Assembly (NCBI RefSeq): GCF_001194135.2
Contig: NC_068981.1
Coordinates: 21,876,758-21,937,319 of the forward strand
From: Octopus bimaculoides
Lineage: Eukaryota
DNA: 60,562 nt
Direction: 5' to 3'
Shown: positions 38,659-51,130 of the stretch, piece after piece
Numbering within the stretch: the stretch's first letter is position 1
Layout of the letters: each line of letters starts with the position of its first letter
The notes under the pieces: generated by a model
Seen by the model: the letters and a program-made list of their open reading frames with translations, nothing else
What the model was told of the DNA's origin: nothing
Database searches by the model: none
Translations under genes and position numbers: made by a program

Positions 38659-39517
38659 GTGATTCCACATAACACATACATACAATCTTTTCCACATATA
38701 CATGTATTACACATCAATATAGAAACACAATCTCAGACAGGTATTATAAAAAACATTATCATAATTAGTACATATTATTAATTAGTTCCAATAATGAAAA
38801 TAATATTAATGATTAAATGAAATTTAAAAAAAATTAGAGTTAATGAGTTTTGAAAAGAAAATCTGTGAGAAATAATTTTATATGAACACAAGCTGAAATG
38901 TATAATAATCAAGTTAGAAAATATTAATATTTCATAAAAATAGTTGTATAAAAAAATATATTAGAAAAAATAACTTTACATTTATCAAATAAATGTGGAT
39001 GAGATAACATAACGGTTAACTGATGTCTAGAACTCCATGTAAATACATGTATATCAAATGTCTGATTAAGTATTAGACCTAATTTGGCCCCTAGTTTTCT
39101 TTTAGCAGTTCTCATTTAGCTCTGCATACCATTTAAGGTTGGTAAAATAACAATGGATTAAATTACTATTTTGTCTGAATATCTGATGTTATAAGGAGAT
39201 TATGCAGTTATCTATGTAATGATTACTGCACATATGGTAGTATATGTTAGTGAAACACATGTAAAGATTATGTAATTTATGATGTTAGAATAAAGAGTTT
39301 AATTGACTCTCATGTTGTATTCTGTTCTTGTGTGTGTGTGTGTGTGTGTATGTATACATATGGGTGTAGTTGTGTTGTAAGAAGCTTGCTTCCCAACCAT
39401 ATGGTTCTGGGTTCAGTCTCACAGTGTGACACCTTGGATAAGTGTCTCCTACTATAGTCTCAGGCTGACCAAAGCCTTATGAGTGGATTTCATAGATGGA
39501 AACTGAAAGAAACCCCT

Positions 39518-39551
<34 letters not shown>

Positions 39552-41794
39552 AATGATGATGATGATGATGTATGTGTGTATTTCTTTTTGTCTGTGTTTG
39601 TCTCCACAACCTGTGCTGGTTTGCTTACATTCTTGTAACTTAGCAGTTTGGTAAAAGACACTGATAGAATAAGTATCAGGCTTAGAAATAAATAAATAAA
39701 TAAATACTCTGGTCGATTCATTTGACTACAAATCTTTCAAAGCAGTGCTACAACATGGCTGCAATCTAATGACTGAAACAAGTAAAAGATGTATGTATGT
39801 ATGTGTATATGTATGTATAATATAATGTTGATATTTTGTGATATCTGTACCATAAGTAGTATTACAATCATTCAGCAAGCAATAAATACTTGGTATGATG
39901 GTCCATCCACACTCACAATTTATTTTTGACCACTCGAAGGTTTCATGAATTCTAAATTCATATGGAATTAAGACTCAAAACCACCTAAATTAATGTGGTA
40001 CCAACCAACAGATCAAGGAGTCAACAGGTGTTGTTCTGACACTGGTTTTGAGTAGAATCTACCAGAAGAAACTAATTAATCTATCTGGTTGCAATTTGGT
40101 TACATGGGAAATAGATATTACTGATCTAAGAAACACATATATTGAAAAGGTGTTAATAAATATTTGCTGAAATTAGATGAAATCCTTATGAGCAAAACTT
40201 GCAAGTGACTGGTGTTTTAGCCATGAAGAGTGAAGGATCTAAAAAACTTAATACCTTGAAAACTATGATAAATGACAGAAATTTTCATTTGCTTTGGATG
40301 ATAGAAAACAAAAACAAAAAAATTAGTTACAAAATTTATAAAAAGTTAATTGAAATGTATTTGCATACATTGTGTATATATATATATATATNNNNNNNNN
40401 NNNNNNNNNNNNNNNNNNNNNNNNNNNNNNNNNNNNNNNNNNNNNNNNNNNNNNNNNNNNTGTATGTATGTATGTATGTATGTATGTGTGTATGTATATG
40501 TATGTATGTATGTATATAGTTTAACAATGTTGGGCCTCACGGAGGCAAAGCGGCTGAGTTCTTTTCAAGTGTTGGGCCACATGGAGGCAATGACCAAGAC
40601 TTTTGACATTATGTCGTGCTTGAGAAGACCCATCAAGCTGAGCAAAATTGCAGTTGTGACAGATACCAGTGTCATGCCGGTAGTATGTAAAAGCGCCCAT
40701 TACACTCTCGGAGTGGTTGGTGTTAGGAAGGTCATCCAATTATAAAAAACCATGCCAAAGTCTGGAGTCTGGTGCAGCCTTCCAGCTTACCAGCCCTGGT
40801 CAAACCATCCAACCCATGCCCTGGTCAAACCATCCAAGCATGGACAATGGACGTTAAATGATGATGATGATGATAATCATGATTTCGTTATAAATTTGTT
40901 TTAAAATCTCTTCACTCTTCAATTGCTTCCAGTCACTTGAAAGTTTCATCCTGTAGAAATGGCAACATATGTGAAGCCATTATAGTTTAAACGTTACAAA
41001 TAAATAAAATAAATAAATATATAAATGGTGAGTTTACATGCAAAATAATGTTAAGAGAAAAACTTGTTTTATTTAGTAACTTTAGATACTTTAATAATTT
41101 CAATAACTGTCTTAACAGGTTGATTCTTATAAAAATTTTAAACCACTCATCATTTTTGCTGATCTACTTCTTACACACCAGCAATAAGTAATTTTGACTC
41201 AGATGTTAAGTAATTAACCCAATTTAAATAAAATTAATTATAAGAAAATATAATTTTGTATTTAGTTTCATTACTGTGTAGGCACACACTCACATACATG
41301 TATGCACATCATTGTTAACCTTTTAAACTCTATTTTTCTAAATGGCCATGACTGACCAGAGACAGACTGCAGTGGAAGGAGTCCAGGGAGTGATGAAGCC
41401 CTGAATATTGGATTGGGTTGGGTTGGATAGGTCTCATATTATCTTTTATCTCAATCTCATAATTTCATCAATGAGTCGCTATCTTTTGACATCAAATCTT
41501 CCCATTTTCCCCACTTCCACTGTCAGCATATGGTACTCTTTATACTTAGCACTAGTCATCTATTTACATCAAATATTGGTTTCACATTTTGGCACATGGC
41601 CAGCAGTTTTGGGGGAAGGGCTAAGTTGATTATATCAATCCTAGTGCTCAACTGGTATTTATTTTGTTGACCCAAAAGGATGAAAGGCAAAGCTGACTTT
41701 AGTGGAATTTGAACTCAGAACCTAAAGACAAAGTATTTTGCCTAGTGTACTAACGATTCTGCTAGCTTGTTGCCTTATTTACATCAAATATTAA

Positions 41795-42085
41795 CCCATT
41801 ACCTACCAGTGATCTCATATGAGATCACTTAAAAATTACAAATTTCGTAATTATCTGTCAATATTTACACATATCTAACCTTTTTGCTATATCTACTAGG
41901 TATATTTCTCTGATATTCAAATGAGGTTTGCTAATTTTTCACCCAATATCTCGCTTATTTCTATTTAAAATGTTATTTTGAAATGTTATTTTGATCATTC
42001 CAGCGTGCTTCTAAGGCTGTTTTATGCTAGAAATCAAAGTTTCATAAAAAAATTTCCAGTTAATAGAATTATGGGAGGTAATGGG
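41795..42085. mobile_element. piggyBac-type MITE
   Basis: TTAA|cccattacctacca ... tgggaggtaatggg|TTAA (13 of 14 TIR positions match). Confidence 0.8.
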
Positions 42086-44654
42086 TTAATGTCAATGAAT
42101 TATTTTTCCAACATAAATCATTTATCTTGATCCTTTCTCAACACTTCCCCAACAACTCAATTCCTTATACTTATCCCTCCTCAAATTTTCTGTGTTACTA
42201 CTCACTCAGGTGTTGTAAATGACACCACATACCACCCACACACATACTTGACACTTCATGTTGTATCCATACAACTGTCCCTTGTCCCTTCCTCCCTGAT
42301 CCACTCCTGTTTCCTTCTTTCATTTCTCTTCCCTCAAATTGATATTCATTACATCCAAATAAATCTCTAATCATCTGTCACATTCATTTCACTCAAGCAC
42401 ACTTACCTACTTACCTAACATTTCTGTTTATCAATCCTAATCTCTCTCACATGTTCACCTTGTACCTTGACCTCACATCTTTCTCTCCTGATGGAGAAGC
42501 CATGTTTTCACCTCTTCAGCAAGACACCTGCTCCTGTTCCTTTATCACTCTTTCATATCCCTCAAAACGTTACCCAACTCAGTTGAGGGGTCAAGTCTTA
42601 CATGTGTTTGGTGACTACATCAATGCTGGTGTCACAAAACAAGTACTTAGTACACTCTGTGAAGTGGTTGGCATTAGGAAGAGCATCAGGCAATAGAAAC
42701 CAGACCAAAACAGGCGGAGGAGCTCAGTGCAGCTCTCTGGGTTATCAGTTAATGTCCAACCATCTAACTGATATCAACATGGAGAAAGGGACGTTAAATG
42801 ATGATGAAAAGGAGGACGATACCATGAACTTACTTATTTTAATACCTAACTGGTCTTTTGTTACATTTGTGCTCTGCCTTTTCACGTGGGTTAATAAAAC
42901 ACTTCATACAGTTCAAACTTGCATCATTTCTTTCTAATTGATAAATCCTCCACATTCAATGTCCATACCTAGCAACCATGTATTGATAGTATCACACTTC
43001 TTTTCATGTTTCACACAGTCTGAGTTTCATAAGAAGAGTGAACCTTGTGTTGCCAAAACACTCACCAGCACAGAGAACACATTACAGAATACCAGAGACA
43101 CAGACACCAGATAAGGTTCCTCTACCTTCGTAAGTTTGATCAATGAATATTATAAATAAATATTATAAATGAAAATGAGTTTCCTTGTTCATACAAACAA
43201 TGAGTTGTTGAGGGAAATATGTGGAAGTAGTGAAGTTTAGCAATAGTTGAATCTGTTAGTTAATTGATGTTTTTAGGAATTATAATGGAAATGTAAAAAA
43301 AAAAAAAAAAAAANNNNNNNNNNNNNNNNNNNNNNNNNNNNNNNNNNNNNNNNNNNNNNNNNNNNNNNNNNNNNNNNNNNNNNNNNNNNNNNNNNNNNNN
43401 NNNNNNNNNNNNNNNNNNNNNNNNNNNNNNNNNNNNNNNNNNNNNNNNNNNNNNNNNNNNNNNNNNNNNNNNNNNNNNNNNNNNNNNNNNNNNNNNNNNN
43501 NNNNNNNNNNNNNNNNNNNNNNNNNNNNNNNNNNNNNNNNNNNNNNNNNNNNNNNNNNNNNNNNNNNNNNNNNNNNNNNNNNNNNNNNNNNNNNNNNNNN
43601 NNNNNNNNNNNNNNNNNNNNNNNNNNNNNNNNNNNNNNNNNNNNNNNNNNNNNNNNNNNNNNNNNNNNNNNNNNNNNNNNNNNNNNNNNNNNNNNNNNNN
43701 NNNNNNNNNNNNNNNNNNNNNNNNNNNNNNNNNNNNNNNNNNNNNNNNNNNNNNNNNNNNNNNNNNNNNNNNNNNNNNNNNNNNNNNNNNNNNNNNNNNN
43801 NNNNNNNNNNNNNNNNNNNNNNNNNNNNNNNNNNNNNNNNNNNNNNNNNNNNNNNNNNNNNNNNNNNNNNNNNNNNNNNNNNNNNNNNNNNNNNNNNNNN
43901 NNNNNNNNNNNNNNNNNNAGTTCTTTTGTCCTCTTGTTTAGATTATATATATATATATATATATATAGTCTAAGTATTTTAGTTCAGAACATTTCATGCT
44001 TCTTATTCTCTTGATGCAGATCATTAACAATCTGCTACCTTCTCATATTCTCCTACCTAAGCTAAGTTGCTACTTTATTCTCTTCACTTCTACTAAGCTT
44101 TCATATAATTTCATATAATTTCATATAATGTAGCACTTATTGTGGCTGCTTCCAAGCTTGAGTCGTTTTCCACCAACGGAACTGACTGAGTTATTAAATA
44201 TAGTAAATTTTCTCAATTTGAAGAAAGCTATATTTAAATAAGCTCTTCACTTTTATTCCATCATTCTGTGAATGTTCCTCCCTGTATGTTCTAACTGTAC
44301 AGTTTGAATTCACCAATTGCAAATTCATGATGGAGTATATTTGTGTGCCTTTGGGCACACAATCAATTACTTTGCATTTTCATCTTTTTTTGTTACTAGT
44401 TAGAACAAAGTAAAATCCAATTTTGAGATCAGACCAAAACCCATTCATATCACACAACTCCAGGATCCTGGCTCAGTTTTCAATTGTTATGCCCTGTCTA
44501 TAGCTAGTTTATTTTCTTGCAAAAGAAAATCAAATGTGGAGTTAGACAAACACATACACATTCACAAATACAAGTAAATAAGTTGACAGAAAGACAGAGA
44601 CGTAGTGGGAGAGCTATACAAACATGGATGTGCATATATGAATATAATCTGATA

Positions 44655-44722
44655 TCAAACATAGGATATCAGTCCAGATTTGTTTAAACTGTAGACAGAA
44701 CTCCTTCTTAGTGTTGCCTTCA
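44655..44722 (-). CDS. UPF0658-like membrane protein terminal exon (V-KATLRRSSVYSLNKSGLISYV*)
   Basis: Strong pyrimidine tract ending tttgtttcag|, phase 1, ends at TGA. Confidence 0.72.
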
Positions 44723-45461
44723 CTGAAACAAAGGAAAAATAAGAACAAAATTGCGTTACTATCAACATGTATTCTCTGGGCAGCTGATGTTTCAGTATCA
44801 GAAGAGTCAAGTCATAATCTACCAGCTCTCTCTGAGACATGTCAGTCCTCCAGCTATAGTTATTGAGCCATGTCATACATACACATATATATATATCATC
44901 ATCATCTTCATCATCATCATTTAGTGTCTGCTAGGTGGTTTGACTGGAACTGGTAAGCCAGAGAGCTGCATCAAGTTCCAGTTTGATTTGACATGGTTTT
45001 TCTATGGCTGGATGACCTCGATGCCAACCACTCCAAGAGTGTAATGGGCGCTTTTTATCTGCAACCAGCATGGGAGATTTTATGTGCCACCAGCATGGGT
45101 ATCAGTTACATGACACTGACATTGGCCACAACTACAATTTCACTTGGCTTGACAGGTCTTCTCAAGCACAGCATATCACTAAATGTCTTGGTCATCTGTC
45201 ATTGCCTCCATGAGGCCCAACATTTGAAGATCGTATTATATATATACTTTTCTACTCTAGGCATAAGGCTCGAAATTTTGGGGGAGGGGGCCAGTCGATT
45301 TGATCAACCCCAGTATGCAACTGGTACTTAATTTATCGACCCTGAAAGGATGAAAGGCAAAATTGACCTCGGCAGAATTTGAACTCAGAACGTAAAGACA
45401 TGAAATAGCGCTAAGCATTATTCCCAGCGTGCTAATACTTCTGCCAGCTCACCACTTTTCG

Positions 45462-45506
<45 letters not shown>

Positions 45507-46374
45507 AGTAGTTAGTTATGTAGGGACAAATCACCTTCCTTTATAGTTTCATTGATCATAATTGCAAACCTAAAGTCTCCACTATAAGCAACATGACTTA
45601 TAATAGATAAAGGCATGACTGTGCAGTTAAGAAGTTAGCATCATAATTACATAGTTTTGGGTTAAATCCCATAGCATGACACCTTGTGTGAGTGTCTTCT
45701 GCCATAGCCTTGGGCTGACTGATGCTTTGTGAGTGGAATTTGATATATAGAAACTATATAGGAAGGACCATTCCTGTTCTCAGTTTAACACTACTAAATA
45801 GCCCGTAGGTACCTTAACAGAGTCCACTGGCTTACTGTGTTGCAAGCATTCAGGTTAAGTTTCCAGTCTGAAAATAACTTTCTTTCTTCTTCCTTTCTTA
45901 CTAGTCTCAGAAGCCCTGAAAAGTCTTGGATTCTGCCCTTCCTACTCTGATAGAACTATCAAAAAATACAATAGTGTTCAAAAAACCATTCAAGAAACCT
46001 CTACAGTTTTAAGAGGTGAGACCAACTCTTTTTAATAATGTTTAACAAAGCACATTGCAACTGAAGTGATAACTCAAGAAGAGTTGTCACATAATACATG
46101 ACAATATGAAAACAAACATGAATTTAATGATGATGATGATGGTGAAGTGGAAGAAGAGTAAAATAAAGAACAAGCTGAAAAGAGGCTTCTGCTAATGTCA
46201 CTGATCCTAATATTGATGATGATAACCACCATCAGCATCATCAGAAGGCTTGGATGTCATTGTCATCTGAAGGTTATGTCAACAACCATTCAAATAATAT
46301 CATATGAATGATGTTCAGGATTAGAGAGAATGAAAATAAGAATAAATGAGTAGAGAACTGTTGCTTGTGTGTGT

Positions 46375-46428
<54 letters not shown>

Positions 46429-46812
46429 GAAGAGAGAAAGAAAGAGAGGAAGACAATGAATTACAGATAATGATGGGAAAAAGAGCCAGTGTTGTATGTT
46501 GTGAAGGGAGAAATGGGATGAGATGGGTGGCCATTGGTGTTAAGAAAGGATGAAAGTGACTGGGTGAGATGAGGAATGAAAACGAATGTATAAGGAAATA
46601 GAAGAAAAGGAAGACTGAGAAGGACTTAGCTGAAGATGTGGAGGAGGAAATGAGGACAAGGCAGTTGATAAAGACGGGTGGGCAAAATGGAAAAGACAAC
46701 TGACATGAGACCCACATGGCTAATCCTTGCTTTTGCAGAGGAAATGGTCTTGAAACACTTGTTACAGGTGTTAGAGATCAGGTGATGATCAATGACGATA
46801 TTTTGAGACTAA

Positions 46813-46852
<40 letters not shown>

Positions 46853-46967
46853 TTGATTAATAAATTCAAAATAAGATAAAAATCTTTTACAAGAATTTTA
46901 TCAGGAAGCTAGTGTGTAAAAAAATTCATAAGGGAAATTTCTATTCCCAAGAATATAATTATTCGTT

Positions 46968-47185
46968 TATATTTATATAAGGGCATTACTACAGAATAAT
47001 GCCACACAACAGACTTCCCAAATCAACACATTTTAGTACTGAATGCGAGGAAAGCAACCCTCAAAAGAAACCAACATTAAAAAAAAAAACTTGGGTTGCT
47101 TTCCTCGCATTCGGTACTAAAATGTGTTTATTTGGGAAGTCTGTTGTGTGGCATTATTCTGTAGTAATGCCCTTATATAAATATA
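46968..47185. repeat. Foldback MITE (about 93-bp arms, 32-nt loop)
   Basis: gggcattactacagaataatgccacacaacagacttccc... and its reverse complement, near-perfect. Confidence 0.9.
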
Positions 47186-47531
47186 TATATATATTATAGC
47201 TATAAACTAACGTAAGCATGAAAGAGATCAACTCTTTGCTGATGAAGGATCACCAGACTATAGTATTAAATGTTTCTCCTCACAAAATACAAACAAAAAA
47301 AGTAACACTAAACACAACTTTCAGAAAGCGAAGACTATTTAAGTTACAGGTAAAAAAAAAAAAAGCAGTAAACAACCAATTTTTTTTTTACCTGAGAGTT
47401 GCAGAACAATAATTAAAGTAGACACTAAATACTGTTTTTAGTTTGGTTAAAAAACAAATACATTAAATAAAATTTTTGTTACAATAATTATCAAATTAAA
47501 GATTTACTAATAAATGAAGAGAGTGACCTAC

Positions 47532-47618
47532 CTCTTTCTTTAAGGCCTTTGTTAAAGTTGCGTTGTACGAAAAATAGCTCAATCATTAATAAAGCCCAAA
47601 CGAACAATGCTATGGTAA
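47532..47618 (-). CDS. UPF0658-like membrane protein exon (V-TIALFVWALLMIELFFVQRNFNKGLKER)
   Basis: ccattttcag| acceptor, GAG|GTAGGT donor, phase 1 to 1. TM helix followed by the RNFNKGLK motif. Confidence 0.88.
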
Positions 47619-47705
47619 CTGAAAATGGATAACATTTCTTTTATCAAAGATGACAATCACATGATAATGCTCAAAGTAAATATAATATATTCCATAGTTT
47701 TTTAA

Positions 47706-47907
47706 ATAATAATAATAGTATTTTAAAAGCTTAAAGCTTATAAGTAATCACCATGCAGTGACTAAAGAAAATAATCTAATAATGGGGCAAATAAGCCCTT
47801 GATGGGCAAAAGTAGGTTATCTTGCATGCCCCATTATTAAACTATTTTCTTTAGTTATTGCATGATGATTGCTTATAAGCTTTAAGCTTGTAAAATATTA
47901 TTATTAT
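47706..47907. repeat. Older imperfect foldback MITE (about 80-bp arms)
   Basis: aaagcttaaagcttataag...atggggca / tgccccatt...cttataagctttaagctt. Confidence 0.75.
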
Positions 47908-48932
47908 TATTCACAGGATTGTAAAAATCGAGGCTGCTGAACAAAAACCATTACAGAAAATATTCTATAGTAGTTTATGACTGAATATTTGATTAAAAGT
48001 AACAAAGATTGATGATTAAACTGATTCGTTCCTATGATATCTATGTCAAATTATTGATGGCTTTTTAATTAGAATTATAACAGTTTAATGTATTAGTAAA
48101 CTAATTAAGAAGAGAATGAAGAAATTTCAAACTCTCTTGATTGAAAATACAATGATATTATGACCATTCGATTTAAACTTTCATAACTTTATTGACCTCT
48201 GCTTAGAATCATAGATGTACCTATGGGCTTTATACTGCAAAAAAATTCTTCTGATCTTCTTAACTAGGAACCAAGCACTGCCATCTGGCTTTCATAAAAA
48301 TGTTATTTCAGTCATTAATATTAGTGATTCCTAACTGGGGCTTCACAAAATCCTCTTTAAGGGTTTTGTAATAAGTATCAATAAGCAAAAATTGTAGTTC
48401 CCATACAAACCTAAAAATTCTGCCAATCCATCATAACAACAACAAAAATCCTTTCTACTATAGGCACACTTTAATAATAATAATAACGGTTTAAGTTATG
48501 ACACAAAGTCAGCAGATTAGTCGGAGAGCTAAGTCAATTAAATCAACGTCTTTGTTCAACTGGTACACGTTTTATCGACCCCTGAAAGAATGAAAGGCAA
48601 AGTTGGCCTCAGCTGAATTTTGAACTAGTATGATAGTTTATAGAATTCCAAGGGAGAAGAGGCAAAGTTTGAATATAGAATGTAAAAGGCTGTGATCGAA
48701 TACTACAAGACCTTTTGTCCAACTAGCTGACAATTCTGCCATTCCATTATATTCATAATAATTTTTAATTTAGGCCCAACGCTAGAAATTTTTGAATGAA
48801 GCAGTTTAGTTGATACCATAAACTGCTTATTGACCCTGAATACTGCAAGGCCTTTCTGTGCTACTCTCTTATGATTCTGCCAATCCACCAATCTTGCACA
48901 AATAATAATAATAATAATGATAATAATAATAA

Positions 48933-49490
48933 TAAATGCCCGGATGCAGTACCAGGCAGTGGCTCTCATGGCTTCTGGTCTTAATTGATTGGAAGTGTTA
49001 TCATGTACATTGTTTGTCTTGGTATAAAAGATGGACTACAGCAAATATTCTGTTTAATACCACAGATTTGCTTGTCAGTTGTTTGACCATAACTAGTTGA
49101 GCATGTCCCTTGGTGGCTGACGATATGTGCATCTCTGATCACGAGCAGAAGTAGTGGGGGAGCATCATAGCCATGTGTTGAGAGGAATTCTTTGGGGTTT
49201 GAATAATTCATCTCTGGAAATATGGGTGTTTTGTTCAACATCCTTAAACAAACCTTATTCAGGGACCTTTTGAGCGGGATGGGCTACTTCACCAGAAGAG
49301 AATTCTAACTGGGTACCACCTGCAAGGTCATGAGCTGTTTATCTTGATATGAGATCACTATGTTGTGCACATATGGTTGTGATGCATGTGTCTGGTGTAC
49401 CCTTATCAGACAGGTAGCCATGATGGGTATACCGGGCTATGTATATTTGTGCCCCAGTGTTACTTTGATGGCATGCACAGCTCTCTCACT
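48933..49490 (+). mobile_element. Non-coding retroposon-like element embedded in (AAT)n (copy 2, longer)
   Basis: Same family as 2368-3182; (AAT)n flanks on both sides. Confidence 0.7.
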
Positions 49491-49491
49491 A

Positions 49492-49545
<54 letters not shown>

Positions 49546-50060
49546 CATGCCTCCTCATTGATATTCATGCCTCCTCATTGATAATCATGCCTCCTCATTG
49601 ATATGACTGTCCCAATTGATATAAACGTATCTGTCAAGACCTACCAAAAACTGAGCAAATATAAAGATCTTGAAATAGAAATTAGCAAAATGTGGAATCT
49701 GAAGACGAAAACAATACCTATTGTCATAGGTGCCCTGGGAATGACAGCGAAACAGGCTGATTACTACCTAGCTCAGATACCAGGAAACCCCAAAATGGCT
49801 GAAGTTCAAAAGATAGTGCTCATGGGAACTGCCCATATCCTACGTAAAATACTGTCTATGTGATCTCAAATTTTAAAGCAAACACATAATTTTCTTATGG
49901 TTTCTTAAACATTCTCTAGAACAACACTATGTACAAATCCAAATATATGGTACCCTAGGCATAACACCTACATGAACTTCTAACTTGTTGTCTCTTGAGG
50001 TCTCTGGGTGAGACTTGGATCCAACTTGTACAAATGCAAAACAAAAGTCAAACATAAAAT
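49546..50060 (+). mobile_element. 5'-truncated R4/Dong-type RLE retrotransposon in (AAT)n
   Basis: CLLIDMTVP...KYKDLEIEISKMW...IPIVIGALG...QKIVLMGTAHILRK* (restriction-like endonuclease end) plus 3' UTR; (AAT)n on both sides. Confidence 0.85.
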
Positions 50061-50418
50061 AATAATAATAATAATAATGATGATGATAATAATATCCTTT
50101 CTATTATAGGAACATGACCTGAATTTTGGCAGGAGGAGGACAGTTGATTACATTGATCTTAGTGTGTAACTGGTATTTATTTTATCAACCCTCAAATGGA
50201 TGAGATACAAAGTTGACCTTAGCAGAATTTGAACTCTGAATGTAAATATGGACGAAATACCACCAAGCATTTTGTCTGGCATGATAATAATTCTCCCAGC
50301 TCAACATCTTAGCAATAATCAAAATAATAATAATAATCCTTTCTACTATAGGCACAAGGCCTGAAATTTTGAGGGAAGGGGCTAGCTGATCACATCAATT
50401 CCAGTGCTCAACTGCAGA

Positions 50419-50508
50419 ATGATCCCTGGCTTACCATCCCTGCAAGAAGTGCAAAAGATTGTTTTAACTGGTATGTCACATGTATTGAGAAGAGCAGTGT
50501 CAATGTGA
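50419..50508 (+). mobile_element. Short R4/Dong-type 3' fragment
   Basis: IPGLPSLQEVQKIVLTGMSHVLRRAVSM*. Confidence 0.65.
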
Positions 50509-50749
50509 GAACAATTGCTACCCATATATTTTAATTTTTTATTTTATCTTATTTTTTATTTATTATTAATTAAAAAAATTTTTTTTTTCACATAACTTCA
50601 TTTCATTTTGAAAATGAACAATCTAGTGTGTTTACTTTAATGACTTATCAATGTATTTAGTGAATTTCTTTGCCCTAGGAGTCAGGAAGACACTCAGCAT
50701 AAGATGGAAACAAAACTAAAAGAAGAAAAACTAATAATAATAATAATCA

Positions 50750-51130
50750 ACCATGCTCTATGATATGCCAATACATATGACTAGATACTGTTGTCAAGGA
50801 CCACCAAGAAAAGAAAATATCTGCTAATCTAGAAGATGACATTGTATCTCTAAAAGAAATGGAGAAACTGTGGAAATACATATATTAGGAATAGAGATAA
50901 CATGACTGTGGAGCAAGAAAGCAAAAATAATCTCTTTAATAATAGGTGCTTTGGGCATGATCAAAAAACATACAGACAAATATGTAGCCCAAAATCCAGG
51001 ACTTATATGTAACATGCAGAAAATAGCACTGCTTGGCACTGCTCACATCTTACATAAAGCATTTTTGGTACAGTAAAAATAACACCACCAAAACAAATCA
51101 CAGTACATATCCAAGATACACAGAGCTCTA
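50750..51130 (+). mobile_element. Older R4/Dong-type 3' fragment
   Basis: IIGALGMIKKHTDKY...MQKIALLGTAHILHK; preceded by (TAA)n. Confidence 0.75.

Noticed and set aside
27479-40170. Plus-strand gene from scattered AG/GT-bounded segments (27479, 29064, 31330, 32173, 32495, 40050)
   Set aside because: Phases could not be chained, several have internal stops, and no family motif was recognisable.
49541-49600. CRISPR-like array
   Set aside because: Eukaryotic context; three tandem units without spacers.
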